From: Hydrolagus affinis
Lineage: Eukaryota
Assembly (NCBI GenBank): GCA_012026655.1
Contig: JAAILG010001139.1
Span: 1-64,000, forward strand
DNA: 64,000 nucleotides
Direction: 5' to 3'
In this document: piece by piece, positions 1 through 15,299 of the stretch
How the letters are laid out: each line of letters starts with the position of its first letter
How positions within the stretch are numbered: position 1 is the stretch's first letter
The notes under the pieces: generated by a model
The model's database searches: none
What the model saw: only the letters and a program-made list of their open reading frames with translations
Told to the model about the DNA's origin: nothing
Translations under genes and position numbers: made by a program

Positions 1-187
1 GTGTGGGGGCACAAGCGCAGCAATTCTTCCTCGGGCAATTTAATGGTGCTCTTGCCTCCTCCTTCACAGCCCACCCGAGTGTGCAGGGCGAGTGGAAATT
101 AAAACACATCCAGCAACTTGGGGTGTCTTCCTAATGTTAAAGTCACTATACAAATGTAATTTGTTGTTGTCCACCTATACATTGTCT

Positions 188-330
188 GGAGTGCTGCAGC
201 TCGGTGATTAGAGCACTCGCCTCATAAGCGAGAGGACCTGGGTTTGATTCCCAGGTGGGTCAAGGCAAAACATTGGGCAAGTTTCCTTACTGCACCCAAA
301 CGCATCTATTTATTTGGTTATTTGACTGTG
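188..330 (+). mobile_element. tRNA-derived SINE, 5' head
   Basis: A-box-like CAGCTCGGTGATTAGAGC and B-box-like GGTTTGATTCC, followed by CATTGGGCAAGTTTCCTTACT as in the other copies. Confidence 0.75.
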
Positions 331-1217
331 GGGGCCATTACAACCAAGTACTGTATTTGATTTACTGTCAATCTCCACACATATGTACTTTACAGAAGGA
401 TTCACTTTTAATAATCCTAATTCAATAATAATGATGAAGAATCAAACCTGGGTCCACTCATTTGCGAGCCAAACACACTAACAATTACTACGGCCTCAAG
501 CACATACATCACGCACAAAGCCTACTAAAATGAGAGGTATTAAATGAAGACAGGGAACTGTAGTTCATTTTTTTTTATCTCCCCTAGAATAAGTTGCTTC
601 CACCCGCTCAAGAACAGCCAACCCCGGGAACAGAACTGAGAGCAATTTTAGACCATCAATTTCTGCCCTTTTTAGGTTGTTAACGTGTGTCTAGTAACAT
701 CTGATTGTTTTTCTTAAAATGTTGACTTTTTATGCAATATGTTCTGCACATGTTTGCTCTGTGGATCAGTGTTATCTCGGCTTTGAAGAAAGCAGCTTGA
801 TATTTCTGGAACTGTTTAACTAAAATAAGCAATTTCAGCTCAGATACAGTGTCATCCCCGAGTCCTGCTGATTCCATGTGCACCTTTATCAGCATAGGAG
901 CATATATTAATTGGCGTACATAAAGAGGCTTATCTGGGCAATAGATTTGATCAATTGTATTGCAATGAATGGTACCTCAACGTATTGTTGATGGCACATT
1001 AAGTAATGTCAGGAATGAAAAGTGAGGCTCTTGATGTGATAACATCATCAAAAGTCTTGCCTTAATCGATGTGTCAGCTGATGTCTAACAAGTAAATGGA
1101 CACTCTCGCTCCAATTTTCACAGTGATGGGCTAGTATCAGAGTTGACGCCTAAGTCAGTATTTAAGGACTGATTTCTTACAGTTTACATATTACAGTAAG
1201 TTTGTACTTATTCTAAA

Positions 1218-1490
1218 TATAATCCTTGCATTTGATGCAGCACTTTTCATGTCTTCTAGATGTCTCAAAGTGCTTCAGCGAATATACTGCACAGTTGTGG
1301 GCACAAAGCAGCGAATTGCACACAACAGTGTCCCACAAATAGTTGTGGATTGAAATTTATTATTGTTTTGTTGAGGGATTATTAGGCGTGTGGAGTAAGG
1401 CAACTTGCCCAAGGTTTCACGCGGCCTGGATTTGAACCCAGGTCTCTCGCTTGTAAGGCGAATGCTCTAACCACTGAGTTGCAGGACTCC
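1218..1490 (-). mobile_element. tRNA-head/L2-tail SINE, near full length
   Basis: Reverse complement of GGAGTCCTG..AGTGGTTAGAGC..GGTTCAAATCC head, with a TGCAAGGATTA tail; near-identical to 27785-28100. Confidence 0.9.
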
Positions 1491-2139
1491 ACAATGCTGT
1501 TAGGATAGTAAATGAATACAGTAGGTGCCCTTACATTTAGAAGTAATTTTTTTTAGAAAAGTAGGTTCTTTTATATAGTTGTAACCTCTTACCGTTAGAC
1601 TGAATTGCAAGATAAATAAATAGCTTGCTGTCTTTCACAACATGACAACACAACAACTTTGAACAGTCCTAAGTAAATATTTAAACAAATGATTTTACCA
1701 TGTAATATTCTAAACTAACACAGTTTGTACATTGGTTGGATGCATTACACTGTGCTAGACTTGCATTCTTTTATTGGATACATAGATAAACATGTTAAGA
1801 AAACACAGAATAATCAATAATCCACCAGCTCCAAACTGTCACTAACACGTCAGAAAGATGTGATTTCACAAGACAGGATGTGTTCGAACCTTTAAAAAAA
1901 ATGCATATAAATCGAGACTCTGATTGGTGATTTAGAATACAAATGGTTGTACCCAGGCAGCTCTGTATTGTGCATGCTGTGTGTTGTCACATGTGTAGCT
2001 ATGGTTGGATTAAAAACAATTGAGAGCCAGAAGATTTTGAAAAACAAATAAAAATGATGTGTTCCACATTTATATTTTTAATGCATTTCAATGATTTTAC
2101 TTTTACAGCACTTAATCCAGTTGAAATGTGCTCTTTAAA

Positions 2140-2408
2140 TGTAATTTTGTAGTTTTAAAGCACTTCACAGAATATACTAAAAAGTGAATTGACTGTATAT
2201 TTTGTCGGCGAAACTCGGCAACAAATTGAACACAGCAATGTCCCATACAGTCGTGGATTGAGTGATCAAATTTCATAATTTTTTTCCTTGAGGGATTATT
2301 ATCAGGCATAATAAGGAAGGAAACTTGCGCAAGGTTTCGCCCTGCCGGGAATCGAACCCAGGTCCCTTGCTTGTGAGGTGAATGCTCTAACCACTGAGCT
2401 ACCGGATA
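2140..2408 (-). mobile_element. tRNA-head SINE, same family
   Basis: TAGCTCAGTGGTTAGAGC / GGTTCGATTCC boxes on the minus strand; body shared with other copies. Confidence 0.88.
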
Positions 2409-3026
2409 CCTGAAACTCAGAATATGATGCTAGATTATTCTGGCCATTATAATTGAATAACTCTTTTAGAAATTTTTAGTAAGCCAATTTCAGGCCAGGC
2501 ACTGATAGTTCCTTGAAGATGCATGACAGCAGCAATCAGATGATGATTTTTTGTTTTACTTTTTACCTGCAAGCAAGTTTGGAATCTCAGCAGTGCATAG
2601 AATCTTTGATATGAATCACATAACACAAGTCCAAAGAATTGGATAATTGCTTGTTGTTGTTCCAATGTACCATGCCACCACACTATCCCTTGGATCAAAC
2701 ATTTGTCAATAAACTAACAACAAATCAAAGTTTGAAATTCAATGAACCATCCAGTCCTTTAGCAAGAAAAATTCAACTCCTTTGTGTAGTCTCGGTTCAA
2801 ACCAGTCTCACAGGTGAAAGGATTCAATTGACAGGAACAGCTGGCAGGTGTTTGCTTTCCAACATTTTTGGTGCAAAATAGCTGAAGAATTACATGCATT
2901 TACAAAAGAAAATCTCTGGAGAATGGATACTGTAAGGTTCCCCAGAAAGGCTTTACACAATAAGGTGTTGTGGATTGCAAATCTTTCAATAACATATACA
3001 TTCAGAGGTCAATGCTTTAACACGCA

Positions 3027-3750
3027 CAACAACAACTTGCACTTATATAGCATCCTTCCTGCAGGGGAGCGTCTCAGAGTGCTTAACAGTGGTGGAACCT
3101 GACTCCGAGCTGGGTGGGGGAGGTGGGCAGGTGATCAAAGAGGAAGGTTTTCAGGCAGGACTTAGTATAGGGGACAGAGGGAGTAAGGCAAAGGGATTGA
3201 AGTAGAGCGTTCCAGAGTTTCGGGGCATGGTGGTTGAAGGCTCGATGTTTGATAGTGGGTCAGAGGGTGCGAGGGACAAGCAGGAGGCCAGTACCAGTCA
3301 AGCGGAGGTGCCAGGTGGTGGATTGGAAAATGAGGCAATCGTAGAGGTGGGGAGGTGCAAGAGAGTGAAGGGATTTGAACACGAATGTGAGGAGGATGAA
3401 GTCAATCAGTTTGGTGATGGGGAGCCAGTGGAGCTTGGCCTGAACTGGTGAGATGTATGTGTACAGAGTTTGGTCCAGGTATGTATGTGGGAGGCAGAGT
3501 TCTGAATGAGCTAGATCTTTTCAATAGTAGAGCTGGGGAGACCGGCGAGGAATAATTGGAGTAATACAAGCGGGAGGTGACAAATACATCAAAGAGGGTT
3601 ACGGGCTGCATTTGTGGCAAGATACGGTCAGAGACGGAGAATATGGCAGAGGTGAAAGAAAGTGGTCCTGTCAGGGACTGGATGTGTTGGAGGAAGGACA
3701 GCTGAGGGTCGAACCTAGATTGCGCACTGCACATGAGTATGAGGGACTCA
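3027..3750 (-). mobile_element. L2 LINE 3' fragment (degenerate ORF2 end plus 3' tail)
   Basis: (AAC)n-CTTGCACTTATATAGC 3' terminus; minus-strand translation has FVTSRLYYSN (L2 FVTSRLDYCN motif). Confidence 0.8.
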
Positions 3751-6700
3751 TACAATCATTATATAGTTAAGTTACATTGAAGCAATAAGGTTCAACAAAA
3801 ACTATATTATCCAATTCCATAGGGGAAGTCCTGACCACCAGCTGCCTCACAACTATTCCTCCTACAATTATTCCAACTGTTCCAAAGTTAAATCTTTCTT
3901 TTATGTGTTTCTATTCTGCCTCCCGTTGTCACAGAGATAGGCCCCAACCTTCACAAGCTGCTTTGTAGAGAGATATGGACAGCTTCTGGGCAGCCTTTCA
4001 CACCCTACTTGTTTCTTAGTCTTGAGATAGGCAGGTGTCTGAGGCTGTGTACAGCCTTTTCTTTCTGAGGTCCATTGTACATCTTTGCTTGAGGATCTGA
4101 TGGCTCATTATCTCAGAAAAGTGAACACCTTCCCAGGAAAATACAAAATGTAACCAGAAGCTTGACCTCAACCAGTCCAGCAAAGCTACTTTTAACACCT
4201 GCTATAAAGCCAGTCATTAAATCAAACAAACCTTATTAAAGGTTTAAGTGTAGGTTACATTCTAAACATATATACTGTGCATGTATATATATATATATAT
4301 GAGAGATTATTAATTGAAAGCCTTAAATAACATTAATCACCCCAAATATAATCTTACAAAACCTTAAGATTTGTGATGATCTGGGCCAATCGAAAAATGT
4401 GTGTCTCTCTCTCTGTGCTTGTGAGTGGAGCGACGCAATCTGCTTACCTAATTCCAGAAAGTATTGGGCATAGGTTGACAAGAGCTAAGGCTTGTGGACC
4501 CTAGTGCGTTGGGTTAACTGCTGAAATCTAACCAGAAAAAAAACACATGGCTTGTTATTGATATTGCTGTCTGGCAAGCTTTCTCACTGCTTGTCCAGCT
4601 AGGATCACCCTACCAATTAGGGCTTCAGTTCACATGATTAACAGGAGCTGAGTGGGATGACTCCTGGCCCTCAAATGGGTCAGCATTAGATAGTTTATTA
4701 TTTGTGAAGTATGAGTACTATTTTGTGTCTTCATTTTGTTTTGCTCACCTTTCATGCTGGGAGTTGGTGATACTACAACAATAATAACTTGCATTTATAT
4801 AGATCCCCTCAAGCAGGGTAGGGTCCCAGAGCACCAGACACTGGAAGAGGCAGAACGCCACAAAAAGTTGACTTGCAAATCAGAGAGAATAGTAGGTGGT
4901 TTAAGGGACCAGAAGGCAAAGAAAATAAGTAAAAGGAAAAATCTTTAATCATGTGCAAAAATGCTAACTAAATCACTTTAATGCATTGATCCTATTTTTT
5001 TTTAAAAATGATGCTTAGTGACACACGAGCACATTCTCATTCATTCATTTTGCTACCTTCACAAAAATGTACTGAATACCAACTTCAGGCAAATACTGTT
5101 TTATTGATACATTGTCACAGAAATGTCATCCATGCATTTAAGGGCATGCAAAAGTGAAAGCATTGACCAAGATATTTGGCCTACAACCACATAAGGAGAT
5201 CTTGCAATCAGCCTGAGAGAACCCCTGGAGTTTGTAGGTACAGGGGACAATTAGAATTTTATATGTGGGTTTTCGAACTGAAAAACTGACTTTGCAACAC
5301 ACACAGTCCACAGTGTATTTAAACTAAAACCCTTTTTTTTGGGGAAAAAAAAGTATTCAAAATCCTAGGAATTGAAATATACTATCAATATGTTAACTTT
5401 AGGAATTGATCAGGATAATCACAAGGTTCACCAAAGCGTGCACAGTATAATAAACATTGTTTTTAGTAGCAACACCTTCAATTCCTACAATGATTAAGGT
5501 ATCAAACAACCTTCTATAAACATCTAATTTTTTTTTAAAAAACAATCCTTAAAATCGCCGACCAGAGGTTGGCAAACATTCTAAGTCAAACAAAAATAAG
5601 GTAATAAACAATCTATTAAATAACTTCCAGGTAGGCTGCACACCTAGTCACACATTCACTCAGCGTTTGTATCAGATGAACAGATTAAGGTTAAACCAAT
5701 TTTGCTTTTTGGTTATATCAGAAGTGTTTATGCATTAAGAAATATATCAAGTGCTTACAATGTTTAAAGACATAATAGTACAAATTTGTATCCGATTTAC
5801 AAACAAAGGAGACAATTTAAATGATCAAATTACCAGTAAATCATGATTTAAATAGCGATGTTTTGTTCGAAATGTACCAAATTTCACAATTTTCATTTCA
5901 AAATGTCAAGGACAGCCCCAGGGCGTTGGGGCACATGAAAGAAAGTATGTATTAGACACATCAACCTTGTATTTATTATAATCACAACATTGTAATGTAC
6001 CTGGGCGGAGATTTAGCAATGGTCGCCATGATTAACCTCAGCCTTATTTATCATATCACCCCAACATTTTATTTTATCATTTTATATATTATGTATATAC
6101 TTTTTTTTAAAAAAGAATTGGTTAAACTAGTGAATATTTTGGCACAATAATCCCCACTCTTCTTTCCTCCTTTACAGACATGATTTGCAGGCTATGAACC
6201 ATGAACATTCAGAAATCAACGCTATCAGAGAAGCTGAACCCAAAGTAAAGAAAGCGCTTTCATTACATGACTCACTCTTCTCTCGGGTTGTAAATTGTGA
6301 TCTGTCTGCAACTGTTTCACATACCACTTGCTATAGACCATTCTATAGTTAGGCTTCCTGAGTTATGGGTTAAAATGATGTCACTGGGGGGTAATTTGTC
6401 CTGTGGATAAACAAGCCTCCTTTTAAAATCAACTTGTGGGATGAATACTGTACAATAGCTTTTATTGATTCTCAACAAAAACTTAACATACCTTCGTGGA
6501 TTGGTTTTTGTTAAAAATATTGTTAAAATCCTAGCATCCAAAGAGTGAAACAGATGACCACTGCTTGCACCCAGCATCCCTCCCTCTTGCATTTTTGCTC
6601 TGTACACTACAGTTACAGATTTTCACATCAAGATACCGTTCTGAAAAGCACTTCAATAAAATGAAAATATTTGAGCTCTCCGTATTCTTTAATATATAAT

Positions 6701-7989
6701 GTACTTAGGTTCTACTGGATTTCAAATGCTGCTGAAGGCAAACAAAAGATTTAGAACTAGGATTGCATCTTATTTTAAAAAAACTTTAAATTAAATTGTG
6801 CCATCCCACATATCTGGATATTTGCACACATATGGAAAACATGAATGGAAGTATTAGTGTATGGATAATACACTGTAGTGATATCAGGCACTTAAGAATT
6901 GGGAGTTCCAAATTATCACATTTTAATTACACAGAAACACAGCTGAGTATTAGTTTGATATTTACTAAAATACACAAGTGCTATATAGGGAGTGTGCGCC
7001 AAAGTCTATAAGGTAATATAAATTCTGCTCCATTTACACCAACCAAATATCCTGTCTTACCAATACTCATGAGTAGGCTCATCATTTAGATTGGCACTAA
7101 GCAATGGAGATCAAGTAGATGCAAACTTGTCCTCTGTTTGTGATGAGATAGCCAACAAGATGATGGGATATATAATTAGCCTTGGGATACAGGGACTTGG
7201 GGGTTATTTTGTAAAGTACTGGGGCATTGCTGCTTTCAATATAGTTTAAGAGAAGATTAGACATACAAATTGATAGAAAATAAGTTTTCTGTTTAGTTGA
7301 GTGGATATCCTACCAAGACAAATTTCAACACGATTAGTCATTAACTAGAGGAACTTAATTAGTGCAATTATCACTTCATTATTAAACTAATATAACCAGT
7401 GTAAGTTTCACATTATTATCCAACAATGTAATCAGTGTTCACTCACAAACAATATAACCAGTGTAAATTTCATTATTCATTAACTACCAGAGTTGAGGTA
7501 GCATATTATTTATCAAATTATTAGTTAATTTGCTGTATTTTTGCTCTACAGGCTACATGCTTGATAGATTTAGAAAAAGTAACTCTATTCTAATGTGTAT
7601 TTTATAAAACAAACAGTCCAGTTTTCAAATGGTGTGATGGAAGATTATAGCCCAATTTACAGTGATTATGACAGCAACATATTATTGAGTAGGAAAGTCA
7701 GCTAAACAATTCTATAAAGCCTGCCTAACATCTCATCAATGCTATATCTACTTTCTGAAAGTTGAACGTACGTAGCACAATTCTGGGTAGAATGCAACAC
7801 AGTTATTCCAGTTTAGAAACTTAAAATGCCAATTAAATTTCTGTAATGCAGAAATATGACATGGGACTACCGTATAGACTGTGAACAGAAATAGTCAATT
7901 AAATTTTTTACCCTAGAATTCTAGCCAGAATCAAAACAAGGAAGCATAAACTTACTGCTGCCGATTACAACAATAATTTAAAATAAATA

Positions 7990-8055
7990 TATATATCTAT
8001 ATATATATCTATATATTATATATATATATCTATATATCTATATATATGTATATAA
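7990..8055. repeat. (TA)n-rich microsatellite
   Basis: Interrupted TATATA/TCTA run. Confidence 0.9.
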
Positions 8056-8689
8056 AATAGCACCCTTCACACAGGCAATTTCTTGCAGCATTTAACAATA
8101 ATTTAGACCTGCATTTAGACCTGTCATATTGGAAACTGAAGCTGCTCATGGTAGGCTGTGTAGCTTGAATCCTTTGTAAAATGGCTACCCACTCTATTAA
8201 TAACCAACTGAAGAGGTTTGTTTTGTTCACTAACAACAATCTTCTGGCAGGACTATCTACCTCTCCAAGGGATGCTGCACTAATCAAATTACATAAAAAT
8301 CCATTCCCATTGTAAAAATTTGAATATTGTGCACATGAAGATGGGGCATACAAGTGCTGATATGGAATTGAATGCTTTCCTCCCTAGGTTATTCAGTGTC
8401 AACAACAAGAAGTCCAAGGTCAGTTAAAGTTAGCTGCAGAATAAAGCTCCCGCTTCCTTGAACTAGCCTCCAACAAGCAATTCCTGCTGCAAATCAGGTC
8501 ATTTTCCATTTCTCACAGCAGCCATCTTGTTGGCGATTGCCAATTCAATGCCAATTAAGGCCATTCTTTGCATTTATGAACCCACACTCTCTAAGAACTC
8601 AATTGAGATAGCCTAGGGAGTTTTCTTTTCTAATTTTTTTGTAATTTGCATTTTGCTTTTGATTTAGCTTTCCTGAAGGGAATGGTACA

Positions 8690-10130
8690 CATTGTTAGTT
8701 GGTAACTCAAGTGACACACAGTGGAATCTATTAAAGGAGGTCATTTATGCATTATAAAACACATATGTCCCTAAAAGGCAGGGTACTGATGATGGAAAGT
8801 AACCATACACAAAAATGAGTAGAACCATTTTTACACGAAAAGAAAAAGACCAAATAAGGGTGCGGAAAAGTGACTAGCGTTTAAGACTAAGAAGATTATA
8901 AAACCTAAAGAAGCAAACAAGAAAACGAGGGCTAAATATGAGATGGTATAAATGAGTTCATGAAGAAAAACCATGGGAAATGGTTCATGTGGAAAAGTAG
9001 GAGGTAGGCCTTATTAAAACAAATGAAGGTAAAACAATAATTGAGGATATCTTTACGTGTAATCTAGTAAATTAATATTTTGCTCTGGCAATGACGGAGG
9101 ATTTTTGATATGAGAGCTGCAGGGAGGGCTAAGTTTGTAACGGAGGAAAAAGTGCACACATTAGAATAAACAACATGAATGTGGTGAATGAACTATTGGA
9201 ATCAGAAACACAATCTGCAGGCTCTGATAGTTTCATTCTAAGGAGTTAAAAGAAATAGGCAAGGAAATTTGAGATTTACTTTATAATTTTGTCAAAGCTT
9301 TCTGGAGAAACAAATTTCGAAGTTTGCAGGCCTGAAACTGTTATTCAAAAGTCACAAACTGAGTATTAGGTCAGTGAGTTTAACATCAGGGACAGAATAA
9401 GAATAAAAGAGGCCTTGGATAAGCATTACAGAGTCAGCATAGCATGACAGACAGGTTATATTCTGCCTAACCTGATAGAGTTCTTTGATAGAGCTTCGGA
9501 ATAGGTAGCAAGGGGACGGACCATGGATGTTAATTACGTAAATTTCAAGAAGGCATTTGATAAGAGAGATTATTAGTTAAAAATAAAGTGCATGAAATTC
9601 AAGGCACACTTTGTGGCATTGGTAAGAAATTAGTTGCAAAGTATGAGAGTTAAGATGAGATATATTGGCTGATGGATGATTAGTGACAAATGTTTATCTG
9701 TCTAAATATCGGTCAGTTGGATTTGGGAATTGGGAGAGTTTATATCAATTTACATTTGATGTTAAACTAAAGTAGGACATATAAAGTAGGATGGTGCGGA
9801 CAGAAAACTGCAAAGTGGCAAAGACAGGTGGAATATTGTCAGAACACCAACAGATTGGATTTCAATATAGGAAAGTGTGAGGTAGTACAGTGAGAGATAC
9901 TAACAGCAGAAGAAAATATTATAAATGGTAAGTTTGGTTTGGGGGAGGGGTGGATGATTGCAAAAGGATTTGGGATTGAAGTTCATTAAATGTTAGCTTG
10001 TGAATACAGAAAACAATCCCAAAGCCAACTAAAATGCCTGGTTTTATCAATAATAACCCCAGAATGTAAAATCAGAGAGGTTGTTCCAATTTGTAAAGAG
10101 GCATATGAAGGCAGGGTGAGAAAGCACAGG
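8690..10130 (+). mobile_element. Old degenerate CR1 LINE (RT region)
   Basis: Frameshifted remnants NLIEFFD (about 9470), MDVNYVNFKKAFDK (about 9523) and FNIGKCEVV (about 9860). Confidence 0.75.
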
Positions 10131-13049
10131 ATAATGAGATTTTGGGAACAAGAGCCTCTGTAGCACTGCTGTATAGTTGTTGAAGGGTCGACTACCGATC
10201 GGATGGAAGTAAAGAGTTGGTGACCACAAAACGACAAATTAAGCTGCACTGACTTGGTACACGGTCACTACAACCTTAAGCTAAAATTTTCTCCAAACTG
10301 TTACCTTCTAAAAGTGATGCCACGATCTATATACTGCAAGTTCTGCAAGTTTGGTTCAGAAATGGGAATGTGCACTTTTGATAGATATGTGCACTTCATA
10401 CCAAGCAAAATATGTTAAGGGTAAGCAAAAGAACTCAAAAAATCTCTCAAAATACAAAATGCTTCCTCCACGTTTTATTTTAACACTGATGTGTTTCTTT
10501 CCACAAATTTTTCATGGAAGGCAACAGTTTTGTATGTGGATGAACTATATTTTGAGAGTTATTTTTTTATTTTCATAGATTATGTTTTGTTTCAAACTTA
10601 TTTTTAAAAAGTCACTGATTCTATGAATATTGTTTTATTCTGTGCGCAACGTTAGCATATGCTCAGCCCCCAGGTATACACATTCATACCACTAAATATA
10701 AAATTAGTATTACGGTCATGACAAGTAATACGTGGGCATGCAGCATTCATTCCACAATGCTTCAAAATCACAGTCCATTAATGTCTATAGCACAAAAGCA
10801 TGTGCAGCCCTCTCCTCAGTCCGACACATTGCAATAAATAGTGGAGAGTGTTAATTCTCTCTTTTTAAAGCTTACAATCATTTTATTGCTGAAAGGGAAT
10901 ATTAATTTGCTTCCAGGAATATAAACTGGGCATTATTTGTGCACGTGCAGAACTCTGATCAGCCCTGGCGTCGCCAAATGAATTGGGCATTAGATCCCTA
11001 CCATAGAATTACATCTATTAGAAACGTTTTAGTAGTGATGGATTTATTTAATTGATTGATGCTATTTGGAGCAGTCTTTCTCTTACGTATCAACACTATT
11101 ACAAACTGATCATCCGAGCAGCATCGGAACTGCAATTGAAATACACGAGCAACTTTACTCCACAAATTCCAATTGACCAGGTAGTGATAATAGCTGATTC
11201 TTTGTCTCACTATCTAGATATTCATCTAAGAAATGCGTGAAACTCAATCCAGTGCATTGTCATGTGTGCTCAAGAGACAGGAAGGCTTATTAATGGAAGC
11301 AATGATTCCATTCCTCATTTTTCAATCTGTAAAACAGTCTCTTTCACCCCTGCAGTAAACAAAGGATACCTTACTACCTACAGTCAGGTAAAGGCTGTGA
11401 GCAATTAACAGTCTGGAAAAACAAATATTTTTCTGCTGCAAATATTTCCCTTTCTGGCCTTTTTTCAAGTTTGGTTTTACGTGGTGATAAATGCTTGCAT
11501 TTGAACAGTGCCATAACAATGGACTGCTTCAACAATGAACGTCAGTACTGTGGTAAATAACATTTTATGGCATTTAAACACAAACAGCTGATGTTTTTTG
11601 AACCACTTAAATGGCCAAATTGTACACTCTTACTAAAAATCATGCCCAGTAATTTTCGGATTAATCCGAAACAATCACAGTCGAATAAATTCATATTTAT
11701 AAAAAAAACTGTAAAATGACAGATTCCATACTTGCCGAATTTTGCAACTACTCAATTTATGAGATGTATCTCTATTATTTGGGTAAATAAATCTACTGAC
11801 ATCTACCACAGACAAAAGAACAAGAAATTCTTCAGTTTTTAAGGATACTGAAACTGAATTTCAAATGAAGACGAGAAGTTAAACTGGTCAACTTGACTCT
11901 CCGAGGTTATGCCACCTTTGATTATGTTCATCCATTTAGAACTAAAGCTGACCCTTGCACACTACACTCTACCCCCAAATCCGTGCCTCTGAACTTGCTA
12001 GGCCAAAGTAAACAGTTTAGCTAAAATTCTGACTTGAAACACATTAATTTTGTAAACCATATCCTTTTCTAGGATATAGTACAATTTTTAAAGTCATAGT
12101 TCGAGTATATTTCCCATCCTTCAGATAAGAACCAAGATAGACATTGTCAGTGGGCTTTTCAACTGTGAAGCTTACTGAGACAAACTAGCAAGTCAGATTT
12201 CCTGAAGTGTCATAATCACTACCTCTACCTCTACCTCCACCTCAAGGCCATCTAAATGCGGGAACATCAGTGCAAGCTGCCAATATCACGCAAACCCACA
12301 TTCATATTTGTGCTACTTCATAAACATCTAAAACACAATAGTAACGACAAAGCTATAAATTTCTAGCCGCCAGTTTTGCTTTCTTATTCTTAATGAATCT
12401 GAGTGAGAGACGCACAAGTACCACACATTCCATATGACAAGACTAGTACTTAAATCCATTAACCATACAGATCCTAGAAAGACTAAAGACGTAAATCTCT
12501 ATGTATTAGACTCACCTACAATAAGTCTAATGCAGCAATTGCAATTAAGTTGAGAATGTCGAACGCAGGTCCTGTCTTGTTCAATTAGAGATCTAATTCT
12601 ACGTAACATTTGGATTTAATATGCGGGGGGGTGCAGGTGCTCACTCACTGACCACTCTGTCAATGTTAAACAGAATGTTACACTTCTATACTACCACAGG
12701 ATTCTTATGATTGTAAAGATTAATTTCAAAAAGCTTGGTGGGATGCAGATATCTTCCTAGCAGTGGACAGATTTCATTCCACCACACCAAAGCCATGCAT
12801 TCCTGCATCACGTCAGCAAAAGAATCAAGCAAACCCACTGAATTCAGCCGGATTTTCACAAATATTGGCAATCTGAATTACATTTGCAACTTAATTGCAG
12901 CCAAAAAAAAGCACAAGAAATAAAATGATTAAAAGGCATTTTGCGGGTAGTTTTCGTCGGAGGAGACACCGCTTCTCCCCCAAATGCACCATGTTCCATC
13001 AAACTAGTCTCCTCCACTTTTCTTCCTCCGTTTTGCTGGTCCCAAAGGT

Positions 13050-13139
13050 TTAAACATTAATAGCATGAGCGTGCTTCTTGCACAGAGGCTTGTCCTTTTT
13101 GGAATAAAATGGCTGACCTTCCAGGTTCACATGGCATAC
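13050..13139 (-). CDS. LDB3: LDB3 last exon, coding part (end of LIM3, stop)
   Basis: tgcactttcag|GTATGC...GTTTAA; [29 protein letters not shown]. Confidence 0.98.
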   Translation of the reverse strand, partial: VCHVNLEGQPFYSKKDKPLCKKHAHAINV

Positions 13140-14076
13140 CTGAAAGTGCAAGATAATAACTTTAAAGGCCAACTTTTAAAGTACACAACCGAGTGTTATC
13201 ACAGGAAGGAGGTTGCCATTTGGATAGTCTTATCTTTTATTCAGAAGGGCAAAAAACAAATCGGTATCAACTTCTATCCAAAACATTCTAACTGTCCGAG
13301 GACATTTACAGCACAATCACAACAGAAAGGTTGCTGTTTGCTCTTTTGTTGACTGCGGCCGAATGCCATTGCAATGTAGGGCAACAAACACACATGTAAA
13401 TCTAAATATTGCCTAAGTCGTTCAATCACCTGAGTCCCATTCAGTTTCCTATCAAAAACACTTAGATTTCTTTGCACTAGTTGTATTTATCATCTTCTAA
13501 TTTGTAACGCTGCTCTCTGTCTTCCATTACACCCATACTTACCAGTTTTTGTTTCTAAAATGCATGGCAAGCTGTCTGGCTTTTTGTGTTCAATTGGTTC
13601 TTTTTTGGTCAGTAAATGTCAGTGTCCACCAACATAAAGCCTGTTTTAATGGGCTTTTACAGTGGTGTGGTCACTTTTTGTCAATCCCATTCACCATATA
13701 ACTCTCACTTGCAGCTTAAAGTTAGTTGAACTTTTTACCTGCCTGACATAAGGCTATGTCTCTTCTCCCAGAAACTGTCGTTCCCCTATCTATGCAGACC
13801 TGTACCTATCAATGAAATTGAGAACTGATGATGCTCACTGAGCTGAGTCAATCACATTTTTGTTTAGGCAGTTCCAGCACTCAATCTACTGCCATACTGG
13901 TGGGCAAGTCTGCGGCTATTCAACTTGCTTCAAAGAACTTTAATCTGATATTTGTTCTTAAGGATCTGGTGGTCTTTACAGGTAACCAGATCTGCAGACT
14001 CTTAGCGCAACGTGCATCATTGGTGCTACTAATACTTAGCGACAGGAGGAATTTTTCATCTGAAGTTTCCATTTCA

Positions 14077-14406
<330 letters not shown>

Positions 14407-14836
14407 TCAAAGAGAAAAAAAAAATTAAGAATTTCAAGTTGTTAAATATTCTGAGAGCAGCAATTGTGATTGCATTCAGGTAACAATAATAATAATTCTT
14501 ACATTTGGTATAACACCTTTCATGTCAGGAGGATGTCCCAGGATATACTGCAAACTATAGGGATTGTGTGTTTTATTGAGTGAATGGTTTCACTTGCACA
14601 GCTCCTGAATTAGATTTTGAAAGTATCTCGGCCAAGAGCAATTCTTGTGGCGAATTTCTGTTTCACTCGCTGCAGAGAAGCACCTGGCCTCTGTTTAGCA
14701 ACAGGAGGCTGAGCTTCTGAATGCACAATAGGGACACAGGAACCCTACCCTTACTTTGTGGAACAGTTTTTGCAAACTTTGGAGGCCCATTGGGCTGTGT
14801 ATCTTTAAATTCAACATAACCTATCAAATCAAATAG

Positions 14837-15095
14837 TAACAACAACAACTTGAATTTATGTAGCTCCCTTCAAGTTTGAAGTGGAAGGTCTTCAAGTGTG
14901 ATCTGAAGGCAGGCCAGGCAGAGAGATTGAGGCAGAGAGTTCCATAATTTCAGGGCATAATGGCTTGAAAGCCATAGCTGCCGATGATGGAGCAGATGGG
15001 ACGAGGGCTGTACCAGTCGAGCAAAGTGGCTGGGAAGAGGAGTGCAATGCAAAAAGGTAGGAGAGGTAGTGGAGGTGAAAAGACCTAAATGATTC
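14837..15095 (-). mobile_element. L2 3' fragment
   Basis: (AAC)n tail; LWNSLPQSL motif in the minus ORF. Confidence 0.7.
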
Positions 15096-15299
15096 AATTT
15101 ACATAATCAAATGGAGGATATATTTACACTTCATTGTAGGCTAGGCTTCCACCCTCACACATGTAGTCTATGTGTGAAGGTGGAAAGTTCTTATGTAGAT
15201 TTCCAGTGAACAAGCACTAGTAAGAATGCACACCTCTCCAATAACAAACTCACTGTTAGATTGCAGTGAATAAACAGTCTTTTCTGAACAGCCATACTT

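Noticed and set aside
1-13049. Second gene or defined LDB3 polyA site downstream
   Set aside because: No spliceable coding exons recognised; several minus-strand AATAAA (e.g. about 11043, 10882, 10634, 5100) cannot be ranked from sequence alone
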